From NCBI GenBank assembly GCA_000004985.1, contig GG738851.1: DNA of 64,000 bases. One strand, written 5' to 3'. This document shows positions 10,301 through 19,493 of this stretch, piece by piece; position 1 is the stretch's first letter, and every line of letters starts with the position of its first letter. Source of the stretch: Naegleria gruberi (taxonomy: Eukaryota). The translations under genes were made by a program, and so were the position numbers. The notes under the pieces are model-generated. The model made no database searches and was not told where the DNA came from. It saw nothing but the letters and a program-made list of their open reading frames with translations.

Positions 10301-13300
10301 AAATTCTACAGATTCTGTTATATTCATAGAGTTGTGGAATTTGACACTTAAAGTAACATTTCCTTGAAGTGAAGATGTAGTTCCTTTCAAGGAAAGAATA
10401 GGTCTAAACGAAAGTTTGAATAGTCCATTGGAAACCTTTCCATGATAATAAGCTATCAAAGATTCTGGCACATAAAAACTAGTTTGATTACCATCACTTA
10501 TTTTCCAAGAATACTTTAAATTTGTCCAAGTACAATTCGTGCAATTATTAGAATTAATAATCGATTCAAAATCTCCCTTTTTAAGAATCACAGAAACAAT
10601 GGACATATAAAATGAATTACTAGTTCCCTTAACAAAACCAGCAGGTTTTCCAATGATTTCTAATGACCTTTCTTCTCTACATTCGTTTCCAACAAATTTC
10701 ACTCCTTCATGACACTTGCAAGTATCAATTCCAATACATTTTCCATTTCCTGAACACACATTCGGATCATTAGATAGTTTTCCAAAGCAGGATGTTAAAT
10801 TACAGACTAATCCTTCTGGTGATTGAGTAAGGATATAGTATTCTTCTTTACAATAAGGAGAAAGCATTCGTATACGGTCATTGCCTGAATCTGAAAATAT
10901 TATTCTACCGTCGCTCAATACTGATAAACCCTGTGGATTGTTAAGATATGCTTGTTTAGCATCGGAATCTCCATTGAATCCTGCTGTTCCATTACCAGCT
11001 ATTATTGTACTATAGCCATTTAAATCTACTTTTCTAATGACATTGTTGTTGGTGTCAGCAATCAACATTTCGCCATTTGACATGTAAGTGAATGAGATAG
11101 AATAACCAAAGGTTGTATTTGTAGAAAAGGTTGTTTGATTCAATAACATTGAATCAATAACGTAACCACATTCCTTTTTCCCTGCTACTCGAGTCAAAAT
11201 TCCAGTTCCTGAAATATTAGTTTTCAATATACTACATCTGTCACTAAAAACTAGCTCATTATTCCTTATTTTCATATCGTAAATGTCTAAACTAGTATAG
11301 TTTGTTGGTACATTGTCTTCCATTTCCACATAATTGTAATTACCAGCAAATGTTGTAATAATTCCACTTGAGAATGAAACTTTTCTAATTCTATAAAAAC
11401 TATCTGACAGATAAATTTCATTATCAGTGAGGGCTAATGCTCTCACAAACCCAACGTAAGCATTGACAGCTAATCCATTATCACCAATACCACCTGCAAT
11501 AGTTTTAACAAAACCAAATGGTGTAACCTTTCGAACTCTATAAAAATCAGTATCACTAAATATCAATTCATTTGTAAATGGAGAAAATGCCACTCCAAAT
11601 GGATGGTTGAGGTTTGTACTAGTTGCCTCCAAATCTCCAGAAAATGGAGGTTGGACAACTCCTTTGGCTCCAGTTCCAGCCACGTTATACACCACATCTG
11701 ATCCATAATTCATCTTTTTGATAATGTGGTCAAGATATACAGCAACGAAGAGATCACCATTTGGAGAGAAGATAATTTGTGAAGGAAAGTTTAAACATGT
11801 TTTGTTTGCATAGCTTGTAGTACTGAAACCAGTGCATCCAGGAATATAGCCAATAACTGTCTTGATTAATCCCTTACTATCAATTTTTCTAACCATAAAT
11901 GAGTTCATATCTGAGAAGTAAATTTCATCTGTAATTGGGTGAACTGAGATTCCAAAAGGTGCTATATTGGTTGCTAGAGCAGCAAGACCATCTCCATTAT
12001 AGGAATAAACCCCAGTCCCAGCAATTGTTGTTATTAGACCAGTACTGTTACTAATCTTTCTAATTCTGTAATTTTCAGAGTCACAGAAAATAATATCACC
12101 ATTAGTTTCGTTGTAATAAACTCCTGTTGGCCCATTTAGAGGGGCAATAATTGCAGGACCCCCATCTCCACTATAACTACGGACACCAGTACCAGCGACG
12201 GTGGTTACTTGATTCGTCTTGGCAGTGAACTTTCTAATTCTTTGATTGTTTAGATAGTTGCCAAAAAACAGCATACCATCGCTTATAGAATCAGAAATTA
12301 ACAAATCGCCATTCGATAGGCAAGTGATGGCAGATGCAAAACCTATCCTGGCAGTTAATGCATCCCCATCTCTGTATCCTGATACTCCATCTCCAATGAA
12401 TGTTGAGATTATGCCATTCGAATCAATCTTTCTAATAACATAATTTCCAGCATCCACAATGTAAATATCACCTGTTGGACCAACACAAACACCTCTTGGT
12501 TGTGACAATTGAGAATAGATACCTTGATAACCATCACCAGCTAAGGTTGTCCTTGTTCCAGCAATAGTGACAGCTCTTTGATCGCTCTTTCTCAGTTTCA
12601 TAACCAAATTTTCAGATCCAACGTAAATGTCACCATTTGATAGAGATTGTACAACTGATCGCGGATAAATTACATCTGTTTCATTTCCAAAATTACCATC
12701 TGCAGAATACGCTCTATTACCAGTACCTAAAATTGGTTCAATCTTTGAGGAAGTATAATTTGATAGAGAATTCAATCTTATAACTCTGCTATTTCCCCAA
12801 TCAGCAATCAGTAATTCATCAGTTTGAGAATTGTAAAAAGTTCCTCTTGGTCTATACAAAGCTACAGAGCTTCCAACAATACCCATATATTTTCTCAAGC
12901 CATTTCCTGCTAATGTTGTAATTATTTTTGTATCCAAATCTATTCTACGTATTCTAAAATTGGAAGTGTCTGCAACGTACAAGAATCGTCCAGAAATAGC
13001 CAATCCTGTTGGATTATTCAAAGTTGCATTGATAGCAAGACCTCCATCTCCACCAAAAGCAGCCACTCCAGCATCGTTGGCCACAACTGTACGTACACTA
13101 TTCGAAATCTTTACAATTTGATGAGTTGACTCTGCCAAGTAGAAGTCTCCAAATGAGTCAAAAACCATTCCAATTGCCCCATTTGTACCACTATACAATG
13201 TGAATATTCTTCCTTCATTGGTGATTCTTCTGACCCTGCCAGTTTCTTCCAAATAAATTAATTCTCTAGTTAGTGGATGGAAAGTTAGAGTCAAAACCTT

Positions 13301-13981
13301 TGCAATACTTGCACTCGCTGCAAGAGATCCTTCTGGTGTATTTTTGTCCTCCACGCCTGTTCCTGCTATGGTATAGATGGTCCCATTAACTATCTTTCGT
13401 ATCGTATATTTGTAAGTATCACTAACATAAATTACATCATTTGCTTCATCAACTAGCAAACCAAATGGAGCACCCAGTTTGGCATCCAATGCAGAAATAT
13501 TACTCGAAAGATTTGAACCACCACCAGCTAGTAAGAGCATTGTATCTTGGCCATAGGAATTTTTATAGACCTTTCGAAGAGTGTTTTCATCTGTAAAGTA
13601 AACCTCTCCTTTAGAATTCACTGCTACACAAAATGGCCAATGAATTGAAGTGGTGGCAGGTGTGGGTCCTTTTGGAAAGTTTGTAGAATCAAAATTATAA
13701 TTGGGATTTCCAGCGAGAAAGTAAGAGTTTCCATCTGGTTTAATGTATCTGATCTGATTGTTTAAATAATCAGAGTAGTATATATTTCCAGTAGTGGAAG
13801 AAATAGCAATAGTTTGTGGCCAAAACATGCCAACAGTTAATGCGTTTTGCCCATCTCCATTAAATCCTCCAAGTAGTGTTGTTATCTTGTAGTTAACATT
13901 TGATGCAGTAGATTGGTCTCCTTTGGCGTTCGCTAGCAGAAGTAAGACAAAGATATACGTCATAAGATTAGAACATGACAT
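7343..13981 (-). CDS. Giant single-exon receptor (2212 aa): signal peptide, about 20 NHL-type beta-propeller repeats, EGF-like module, GAIN/GPS motif, 7 TM helices, C-terminal RGS domain
   Basis: ATG at 13981 followed by a hydrophobic signal sequence (MTYIFVLLLLANAKG). A long run of about 40-aa repeats contains the NHL signatures (YVSDTYKYTIRKI, FYLAESTHQIVKI, LYVADTSNFRIRRID, IYIVDAGNYVIRKID, IIFCDSENYRIRKI, IYLSDSFYRIRKV, LIADTNNNVIRKVD, IIFSDSGNDRIRML). EGF-like module CNLTSCFGKLSNDPNVCSGNGKCIGIDTCKCHEGVKFVGNEC. GPS motif CQFWNETNQRWESHGCSIFSFNNKTNQLICQCNHATLFAAF. Seven hydrophobic helices follow (from LYIAQISFGSLFLLLSLTILTLLV onward). The C-terminal RGS fold reads LFEWFCEKEYSLENLQLYLEL ... 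IYVTYIQMGALKEVNIS ... FIFTQQFKTYQEIV. The ORF is uninterrupted. Confidence 0.8.
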   Translation of the reverse strand: MSCSNLMTYIFVLLLLANAKGDQSTASNVNYKITTLLGGFNGDGQNALTVGMFWPQTIAISSTTGNIYYSDYLNNQIRYIKPDGNSYFLAGNPNYNFDSTNFPKGPTPATTSIHWPFCVAVNSKGEVYFTDENTLRKVYKNSYGQDTMLLLAGGGSNLSSNISALDAKLGAPFGLLVDEANDVIYVSDTYKYTIRKIVNGTIYTIAGTGVEDKNTPEGSLAASASIAKVLTLTFHPLTRELIYLEETGRVRRITNEGRIFTLYSGTNGAIGMVFDSFGDFYLAESTHQIVKISNSVRTVVANDAGVAAFGGDGGLAINATLNNPTGLAISGRFLYVADTSNFRIRRIDLDTKIITTLAGNGLRKYMGIVGSSVALYRPRGTFYNSQTDELLIADWGNSRVIRLNSLSNYTSSKIEPILGTGNRAYSADGNFGNETDVIYPRSVVQSLSNGDIYVGSENLVMKLRKSDQRAVTIAGTRTTLAGDGYQGIYSQLSQPRGVCVGPTGDIYIVDAGNYVIRKIDSNGIISTFIGDGVSGYRDGDALTARIGFASAITCLSNGDLLISDSISDGMLFFGNYLNNQRIRKFTAKTNQVTTVAGTGVRSYSGDGGPAIIAPLNGPTGVYYNETNGDIIFCDSENYRIRKISNSTGLITTIAGTGVYSYNGDGLAALATNIAPFGISVHPITDEIYFSDMNSFMVRKIDSKGLIKTVIGYIPGCTGFSTTSYANKTCLNFPSQIIFSPNGDLFVAVYLDHIIKKMNYGSDVVYNVAGTGAKGVVQPPFSGDLEATSTNLNHPFGVAFSPFTNELIFSDTDFYRVRKVTPFGFVKTIAGGIGDNGLAVNAYVGFVRALALTDNEIYLSDSFYRIRKVSFSSGIITTFAGNYNYVEMEDNVPTNYTSLDIYDMKIRNNELVFSDRCSILKTNISGTGILTRVAGKKECGYVIDSMLLNQTTFSTNTTFGYSISFTYMSNGEMLIADTNNNVIRKVDLNGYSTIIAGNGTAGFNGDSDAKQAYLNNPQGLSVLSDGRIIFSDSGNDRIRMLSPYCKEEYYILTQSPEGLVCNLTSCFGKLSNDPNVCSGNGKCIGIDTCKCHEGVKFVGNECREERSLEIIGKPAGFVKGTSNSFYMSIVSVILKKGDFESIINSNNCTNCTWTNLKYSWKISDGNQTSFYVPESLIAYYHGKVSNGLFKLSFRPILSLKGTTSSLQGNVTLSVKFHNSMNITESVEFVESFPLISPPQRIHSNATILPQSGMALSSLFTIQEDLNNWIVPDPILGNLEFSFGFEFINSFGENSLIRLSEFSTNSSLTTYLPFIQNNRTNDMSFSSINLYVICRDSLFNEYPEFIGSVKVIPNSEDLNDLILRIRLNNVLANIVPYDQSANQNTDILYESIRSINIQFENPSLTLSVINQLTSSSLETKSAYIVSSKLDEYLSKVYEQVRIEKNSNGFISKQRMSDTDLFNTLSTTSNILLNGYVNISNICNQLSSIILSQQNAKVYSDSMVPNSYISHLINITTTSFFKTSNTGTISQIYNDVSFATDYILSKYDGYYSEIGLSLITFDENLYINGNSTQLTKSKEFTMYKSGSQISLSDLRDPIYITFTIDTNSSISNSSLLSCQFWNETNQRWESHGCSIFSFNNKTNQLICQCNHATLFAAFIEQETPSSTEYLRQISSLYIAQISFGSLFLLLSLTILTLLVTFRKSILVRSRFITPYIGITALIIECSMLLITQRGILLGYANSVIGNQQDFEQSQSTVIQLQNGDLVANIISNIFTIIVNTMTLTAFFSYLYQVVRFQVLKYFYHQIYIMFHSKEPKGETILKLTKLFLSTRVMLILMCLFISLNVIYWVLWVILIRVGVITSLTYTHIVSISFTCSILLLGFITCCIIGLELIMTCVSKRKEREIIQQGQENNEKTNLNFSLNDLITGKSLEKFENFTATKKALRMPLYGIREAFTRLDSPLYFRAEMCLFVMCFTCLVISQIIGLSGLSFRKENSLKMLLLNDSISLLFDILYMFSYLFVFGGYSLVILIIQKFKKKQLEKQDDDDDIRKLIEHSEGLKLFEWFCEKEYSLENLQLYLELRNNQNILESLNDFQQVKTVINHIYVTYIQMGALKEVNISSDCSKLFASLVKRLDSVDNLNVELESAENMGSKKTMNFPQGLKESITESIESLQNQIRFNLSDTLSRFIFTQQFKTYQEIVNYKENLLKQAKLEI

Positions 13982-14864
13982 TTTTTAAAGTTGACCCTTT
14001 GTGTGTGTTGTGTGATTGACACAAGAGACACAGTAGTGGTTTCTACTGAATTCGGTTGTTTAACTATTGGATCAGATGTCCCACTCCCGAGAATGGAAAT
14101 TATGATTGAAATTATTCAAAAAATAGAATTGTCAAAAAATTACAATATGTAAATGTGGTTCTCACCACTGGCCTCCATCCATAACTTTACAATCCAAACA
14201 TTTGAAAAATTGTGTCCACATGATCCAATCTCTTATGCCACCAATAGGTACAATCCCCATATAAATTTAAGTGGCCATCTATGAGTTTCTCTATTTTGTG
14301 GAACAAACTCAATCTAAATTTCCATTTCAATTTGGATCTAAATTTCTAACGTCTTTCCATTTAATTTGTTTAAAAGCACGTTCATAGCCAGCAGACAAAT
14401 TACATCAGCCTCCTATCGGAAGAGTGCACGAAATACAAATAATATGCATTTCATTCTAATTTGGATTTGGTAGCATTGACAAAATTTACATTGTAATAAT
14501 TATTTAGAATAATTTAGATCGGAAGAGAATGCATCCTCTCTGATGCACAAGATGATGACAATGTACTTGTTGACCTTTTGTTTTCGCTCATTTTTTTTAA
14601 AGTCTTTGGTTCATTCTTCCCAGCTTATGGTAAGGCAATGGTTTCTCAATACAGAATATGAATCAGCAACAATGTTCAAGCAGTATTGGATTTATTGATG
14701 AAGGAACGTACCACTATCTGTATTGCCCATATCAGACTTTCAACTGTTGGAAATTCAGATAGGATTTGTATTTTGGCTAAAGGTATCTTGAAAAGAGACA
14801 GATACTCATACTGAATTGATGACCATAGAACAAATTGCACTTTCAAGTTCTACACATTTAAAAA

Positions 14865-15872
14865 ATGTCCACCACACTCGTAGAGCTGTATCACTCTCCT
14901 GATATTCTTTCTCATGTTTTTTCTTTCCTTCCACTTGAAAGCATTGCCATGATGGAAAGATCATGCAAACATTTCGCAACCCTGTTGAGAGCCGACTACA
15001 TTGATAAGACAATATATTACCATTATATTTGTCAATTATTTAAATTAGATCCGAGCATCATGATGAAGGATGATGACACTTCATTATTACACATGTTTGA
15101 TCAGTTTTTGCAAGAAGAAAATTGCAGGGAGTTATTGATAGAGTTTTTTAGAGCTCCATTCATAGGAAATCGAGTTGAGAACAATGATCCTATTAATTCA
15201 TATTCAAATAAGGGAGGAGTTATTGATTTTAGTATTTATGTTCCTTGCAAATTATTGAGGGGATTATTAAGTCATTGTAAATATGATTTGGATGAAAATA
15301 TCAAGAGAACTTTACACAAATTTTTATTATTTGCTGGTGTTTCGTATTGGACTTTGGAAGTGGATTCGAAATTTCAATTAGCTAAATTGAATAGCAATGA
15401 GGTATTTACATTTAGAAAAAATCCGTACTCTTCCAATTCATTCCCATTCACACAATATTCAATGGGAAAGGGTCTGATAATGTTGTTGAATAATAATTTT
15501 AAAGAAATTGATCCAGAATTTTCACTTGCTATTTCACTTTCAGGTCCAGAGGATAGTGTAATCCTTTATAATGAACTTATTCGAAATGCTGAACCACCAG
15601 AAATGTGGGATGATATATTTTCACAATGTTCAAATCCTCCCTATTCCATGCAACCAGCAAATGAGGAAATTCAAGCACTAACCTCTCAATTATATAATGA
15701 TCATGATGGAAGTTGTGAACACTATTGTTGGAATGATTTTCTTCTTGAGGATTATTCTTCATGGTCAAGTTATTGGCTTGCTGGAGCTGAATGGTGGGGA
15801 TGTTACTCATTGACAACTTATGATTACAGTAAGCAACAATTTGTTATTGCAACTGCATCCACAACTGATTAA
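14865..15872 (+). CDS. F-box-like domain protein (hypothetical)
   Basis: ATG at 14865. N-terminal F-box-like segment DILSHVFSFLPLESIAMMERSCKHFATLL. 335-aa single ORF. It is transcribed divergently from the giant receptor, sharing a ~880-bp intergenic region. Confidence 0.5.
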   Translation: MSTTLVELYHSPDILSHVFSFLPLESIAMMERSCKHFATLLRADYIDKTIYYHYICQLFKLDPSIMMKDDDTSLLHMFDQFLQEENCRELLIEFFRAPFIGNRVENNDPINSYSNKGGVIDFSIYVPCKLLRGLLSHCKYDLDENIKRTLHKFLLFAGVSYWTLEVDSKFQLAKLNSNEVFTFRKNPYSSNSFPFTQYSMGKGLIMLLNNNFKEIDPEFSLAISLSGPEDSVILYNELIRNAEPPEMWDDIFSQCSNPPYSMQPANEEIQALTSQLYNDHDGSCEHYCWNDFLLEDYSSWSSYWLAGAEWWGCYSLTTYDYSKQQFVIATASTTD

Positions 15873-16856
15873 AATTGAGTGAAATTTTACTATATTTGGC
15901 AGAAATAAGATTGTTTTATTTGCATCTGATAACATTAAAAAGACTGAAAAGTACTTGCTGGTTGCCCTTCAGCAACAGAAATAATATTAACTGTTGATGG
16001 TTTAGAACCAGTCAAATTTCATCTTTGGCACTAGTATTTGGTACTTGGCTTGTGTCTTGATTGCTTCTGCCTCATTCATTAAGATTCTCTTGAAAGAGAA
16101 CTTGATTTGAAAATCAAAAAGGAAAAACCTTCACAGTAATAGTAGTTGAAGCTCAGAAATTGGAGAGTCAATTTGATCAAGTGAAATGTTGAGTGTTCCT
16201 GAGGACCCAAGTTTGATTGATGGTACAGCACTTAGTTAGAGAATTAATTGGCTAGGCAATCATTGTAAAACCAAAATATTAATATTCAATAATGCACATT
16301 CAACGTTTATCTACTGAACTCCTAATTCATAACATTCTAATGTCAATTCTGTGTTTGCTCCATGTTCAATTATGACAAAGAAGTCAAATCATGAAAAAAC
16401 AAAACAACGACCATAATTCAGTTTTCAAAAACCATCCATCGAGAGAGGTTTTTAAGATTTGTTCGACTTTACACTCTTTGCTTTCTTCATACTTACCTTG
16501 AAGGACATTTCAGTGATCATGCAGACTGAAATGTGAATCTGGAAACTCTCCTCCTTGCACTCAGAGAATGAGTAGCCAGTGTTTGGTCAATAATCAAAGT
16601 GGTTGTTGCCCTCCTTCTCAATTTTTTCCTGTGAGGATTCATCAGGTATGATTTCTCGCTCTGTTAAATAATAGAAATTCAATGAAAATATGTGTGGAAG
16701 TGGTCTTGCATTCAAGAAGGCAATTTGTGAACTATTCAACAATGGAATTCGAAGAATCTCCAACAACTCAATTCAAAGTCATCCATATTTTGCCAATATA
16801 AATCGTCAAATTGTAAATGATTGTGAGAAATTTAATATTGAATGGTATTAAGAAAT

Positions 16857-16863
16857 AAAAAAA
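16857..16863 (-). terminator. Pol III terminator (T7 run) after 5S copy 1
   Basis: Plus-strand aaaaaaa is a T7 run on the minus strand, immediately after the 5S 3' end ...GCTGTAGTC. Confidence 0.5.
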
Positions 16864-16981
16864 GACTACAGCACCACAGGTTCCCAAGTTGTCTCCAACC
16901 TCAGTACTGATGTGGCTCTACGATGCTTAACTTCTCAAATCAGACGGGATGAGGTGTATTCATCGTGATATGGCCGTAGCC
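16864..16981 (-). rRNA. 5S rRNA gene (copy 1)
   Basis: Minus-strand sequence reads GGCTACGGCCATATCACGATGAATACACCTCATCCCGTCTGATTTGAGAAGTTAAGCATCGTAGAGCCACATCAGTACTGAGGTTGGAGACAACTTGGGAACCTGTGGTGCTGTAGTC. Helix I (GGCTACGG paired with CTGTAGTC) is intact. The universal 5S boxes (CATCCCGTCYGAT, AGTTAAGC, GTACTG.GG.TGGAGAC..C.GGGAA) are present. It is followed by T7. Confidence 0.9.
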
Positions 16982-17779
16982 ATTCATCAAATCAAAATAA
17001 CAATCTTAAACAGGCTATACATGATTAAGGGTCAACTATCTCTGCAAAATATGTTGCTGGGATCTTTAAACATTGTTTGTATATATTTTGTTTTACTATT
17101 CAATGAATAATTTATTAAAAACAATTGAGAGAATCTATGAGTTTGTTCTTGTTTTTTCTTGAATTCAAAACATTTTCTTGCTTTTTATACTTGTTTTGAG
17201 ATGTTTATATTTTAAGAAAGTAGTTCTTGGGTCAATAATCAATTTTAACTTGTTGTTTGTGAAATGCAATTTGACTCTTAATGAAAATGTTCTGATTTTG
17301 AATTGGAAAAATTTAATACTAGTAAAATGGTTTGAGAACAACTATTCATTACTCAAAATCAATCTTTAACTTTATGAAAAGATATACCGTAGCCATTTAT
17401 TGCCTTAATACAATGAATAAATCAATAAAAAAATAAAGGAATAAGTTAAGATATTTAAGTTGAGATATTATTGTTGTCTTTCAATTGTTAATTTAGACGG
17501 GAAGCCTGCCAGGAATATGGCGACTATCCCGCTACAGTCTTTGACTGTATGAACAGTGAAGGCAAGAGTTCTGGACGAATCTTGTTGTGTTTAAATAACA
17601 GGTTGTTGAAGAATTTGATAAGGTTAATCAACCTTCAATTTATTGAAAACTAGACAAGTTTAATTGCTTGATGCAAATTTTGGTTTGATTTTTTCTGCAT
17701 CAATTCTAAATTGAAACTTCATCTATTTCAAAACACATTATTTTATTTACAATTTACTGAATTATTTACAAGTTGTAAT

Positions 17780-18070
17780 TTACATCTTTTTCGATTTGGT
17801 AATCTTCTTTGTTGTGGTGGTTGATTGTTGTTTAGCTCTCTTTTCAATTGAATTTTTAGAAGATCTTTTCACTGAAATTTGTTTACCATTTAAATTTGCA
17901 TGATGATAATCAATATTATTACGATGTCTAGTTCCACTTATAATATTTGAAGTATCAATATCAAATAATGGTAATCTTTTAGTTAAATCAATTGGTTTAG
18001 ATCTTGACCAGACTGTTTTTGTTGGAATTCTATCTTCGGAAGAATTTGATGAAGTATTTCTAGCTGGCAT
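17780..18070 (-). CDS. Small basic hypothetical protein (96 aa), between two 5S genes
   Basis: ORF only. It is K/R/S-rich with no recognisable domain. Flanked by T-rich and A-rich sequence. Coding status is uncertain. Confidence 0.25.
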   Translation of the reverse strand: MPARNTSSNSSEDRIPTKTVWSRSKPIDLTKRLPLFDIDTSNIISGTRHRNNIDYHHANLNGKQISVKRSSKNSIEKRAKQQSTTTTKKITKSKKM

Positions 18071-18363
18071 TTTGCTCTTAGTGTTTGTTATTTAGTTATT
18101 TTGTTTTGTTGTGGAAATATCATCATCCGATCAGTTATCTATTTATTTACAAGATGATTTCCACTAATTTTGTGATTCCGATTTTTAGTGCATCACAAGA
18201 ATTTGAATTTTTCTATTAATATTTTGATGAAAGGAAATTTAATACAAATCAACAAAACAAATTGAAGAGAAAATGAGAAACAAACAATTCAAAATGTGGT
18301 AAATCCTTTTAACTCCAATTTTGTAAACCTAAAGGCCTCCTGTAGATTTTTCTAAGACAAAAA

Positions 18364-18481
18364 GATTTCAGCACCACAGGTTCCCAAGTTGTCTCCAACC
18401 TCAGTACTGATGTGGCTCGACGATGCTTAACTTCTCAAATCGGACGGGATGAGGTGCATTCATCGTGATATGGCCGTAGCC
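18364..18481 (-). rRNA. 5S rRNA gene (copy 2, variant; possibly impaired)
   Basis: Nearly identical to copy 1 over the body. Its 3' end reads ...GGTGCTGAAATC instead of ...GCTGTAGTC. That introduces two mismatches into helix I against the 5' GGCTACGG. A T-run follows. Confidence 0.75.
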
Positions 18482-18956
18482 ATCATTATTTTTAAAATAT
18501 GAAATTTCAATCAAAAGAGATTCGGGACTAGTAGCAAAAGGACGGATCGTTTTTATCTCCACCGTACAAATGATAATCTTTACTGTGTTAAAATCTGATA
18601 ATTCACTTTTCTAAACGAACAGAACAATGATCACACCAAGCACGTGAACATCTAATGAGCATACTAGCGTTAACTAGTATTTTATTATTAATAATAAATT
18701 ATGGTTGTTTGATTGGGGTATTTAAGTACAAAGGATGTTGAAGATGATCATCAATGATTCTGTGTTAATTTCACAAATCCACAAATCTTTACACTCGTGT
18801 GTGAATATATCTGACACGAATTTTGGAATATATATATAATACATCAAAATGTTAAAATTCATCACACATGCCACACACAATAGTAGTGGTACATTAAATG
18901 TGAAAATCCAACACAATCATGTGAGTGATCATTTTCTAAATAAAAAGGAATTTGGT

Positions 18957-19493
18957 TTAGTTGATGAAAGCCTTACCAAGGAATTTACGCTTGCTGAATT
19001 GCATCCAGTACTTGTCAGCAACACCATCTTCCTTGAAAATTAATTTAGCCAAACGCAAACCTAATTCTTCCTTAGCTTGCCTCATGTAGGAATCCCATTG
19101 CTTCTTTTCATTGGTATCTCTTGGCTTATCGTAGAAAGCAATAAGAGCAAAGGAAGAATCACCTGGACCTGGGAGAGCTTCTTCACTCAATTGGAAGTAG
19201 AGTTTATCAGCATCGGCCTTCTTTGTTGTCTTCTTGTTTTCAGTGTGCTTCAACAAGAAGTGTGTGTACATGGTGAGGTAAATCAATGTACGATCAGCTG
19301 GGCTTTCAACTTGGTAAGATCTAAACAACATGTTAGACTTGAAAAACTTTAAAACTTCATCAATAATATCTTCCTTGTTTTCATCGAGTTCCTTTGGAGC
19401 AGGTCCCTTGACTTTAGTCTTCAATGGCAAGATTGCGGTACCACAATAAACTTCGCATTTAGCATCTTTGAATGAACTATGATAAGCTGGCAT
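18957..19493 (-). CDS. ARPC3: Arp2/3 complex subunit 3 (ARPC3, p21-Arc)
   Basis: The 178-aa ORF starts MPAYHSS and carries the ARPC3 landmarks KGPAPKE, ADRTLIYLTMYTHFLLK, LPGPGDSSFALIAFYDKP and ELGLRLAKLIF. Single exon, with ATG at 19493. Confidence 0.85.
   Translation of the reverse strand: MPAYHSSFKDAKCEVYCGTAILPLKTKVKGPAPKELDENKEDIIDEVLKFFKSNMLFRSYQVESPADRTLIYLTMYTHFLLKHTENKKTTKKADADKLYFQLSEEALPGPGDSSFALIAFYDKPRDTNEKKQWDSYMRQAKEELGLRLAKLIFKEDGVADKYWMQFSKRKFLGKAFIN

Noticed and set aside
7689-12443. Short ORFs nested inside or antisense to the 2212-aa receptor gene (7689..7895, 8253..8480, 9540..9722, 12258..12443). The same applies to ORFs nested in other long genes: 25497..25712, 25900..26121, 26340..26540, 26611..26901, 28619..28958, 30125..30632, 30994..31515, 32625..32906, 33701..33928, 34374..34697, 35307..35591, 43777..44295, 45214..45862, 47709..47939, 50914..51117, 52009..52322, 53250..53616, 54341..54526, 55968..56642, 57846..58076 and 60573..60983.
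   Set aside because: Each lies within a much longer ORF that has clear domain content in another frame or strand. In AT-rich DNA, 60-100-codon open frames arise by chance. Overlapping CDSs are not expected in a eukaryotic nuclear genome.
17490-17585. Attempt to call the GC-rich island as a specific snRNA (U1, U2, U4, U5, U6), SRP RNA or RNase P/MRP RNA
   Set aside because: None of the conserved boxes matched by eye: U6 ACAGAGA/AGCA, the U2 branch-site GUAGUA, the Sm site, and P/MRP CR-I GNAANNUC. It is kept only as a low-confidence ncRNA candidate in the findings.
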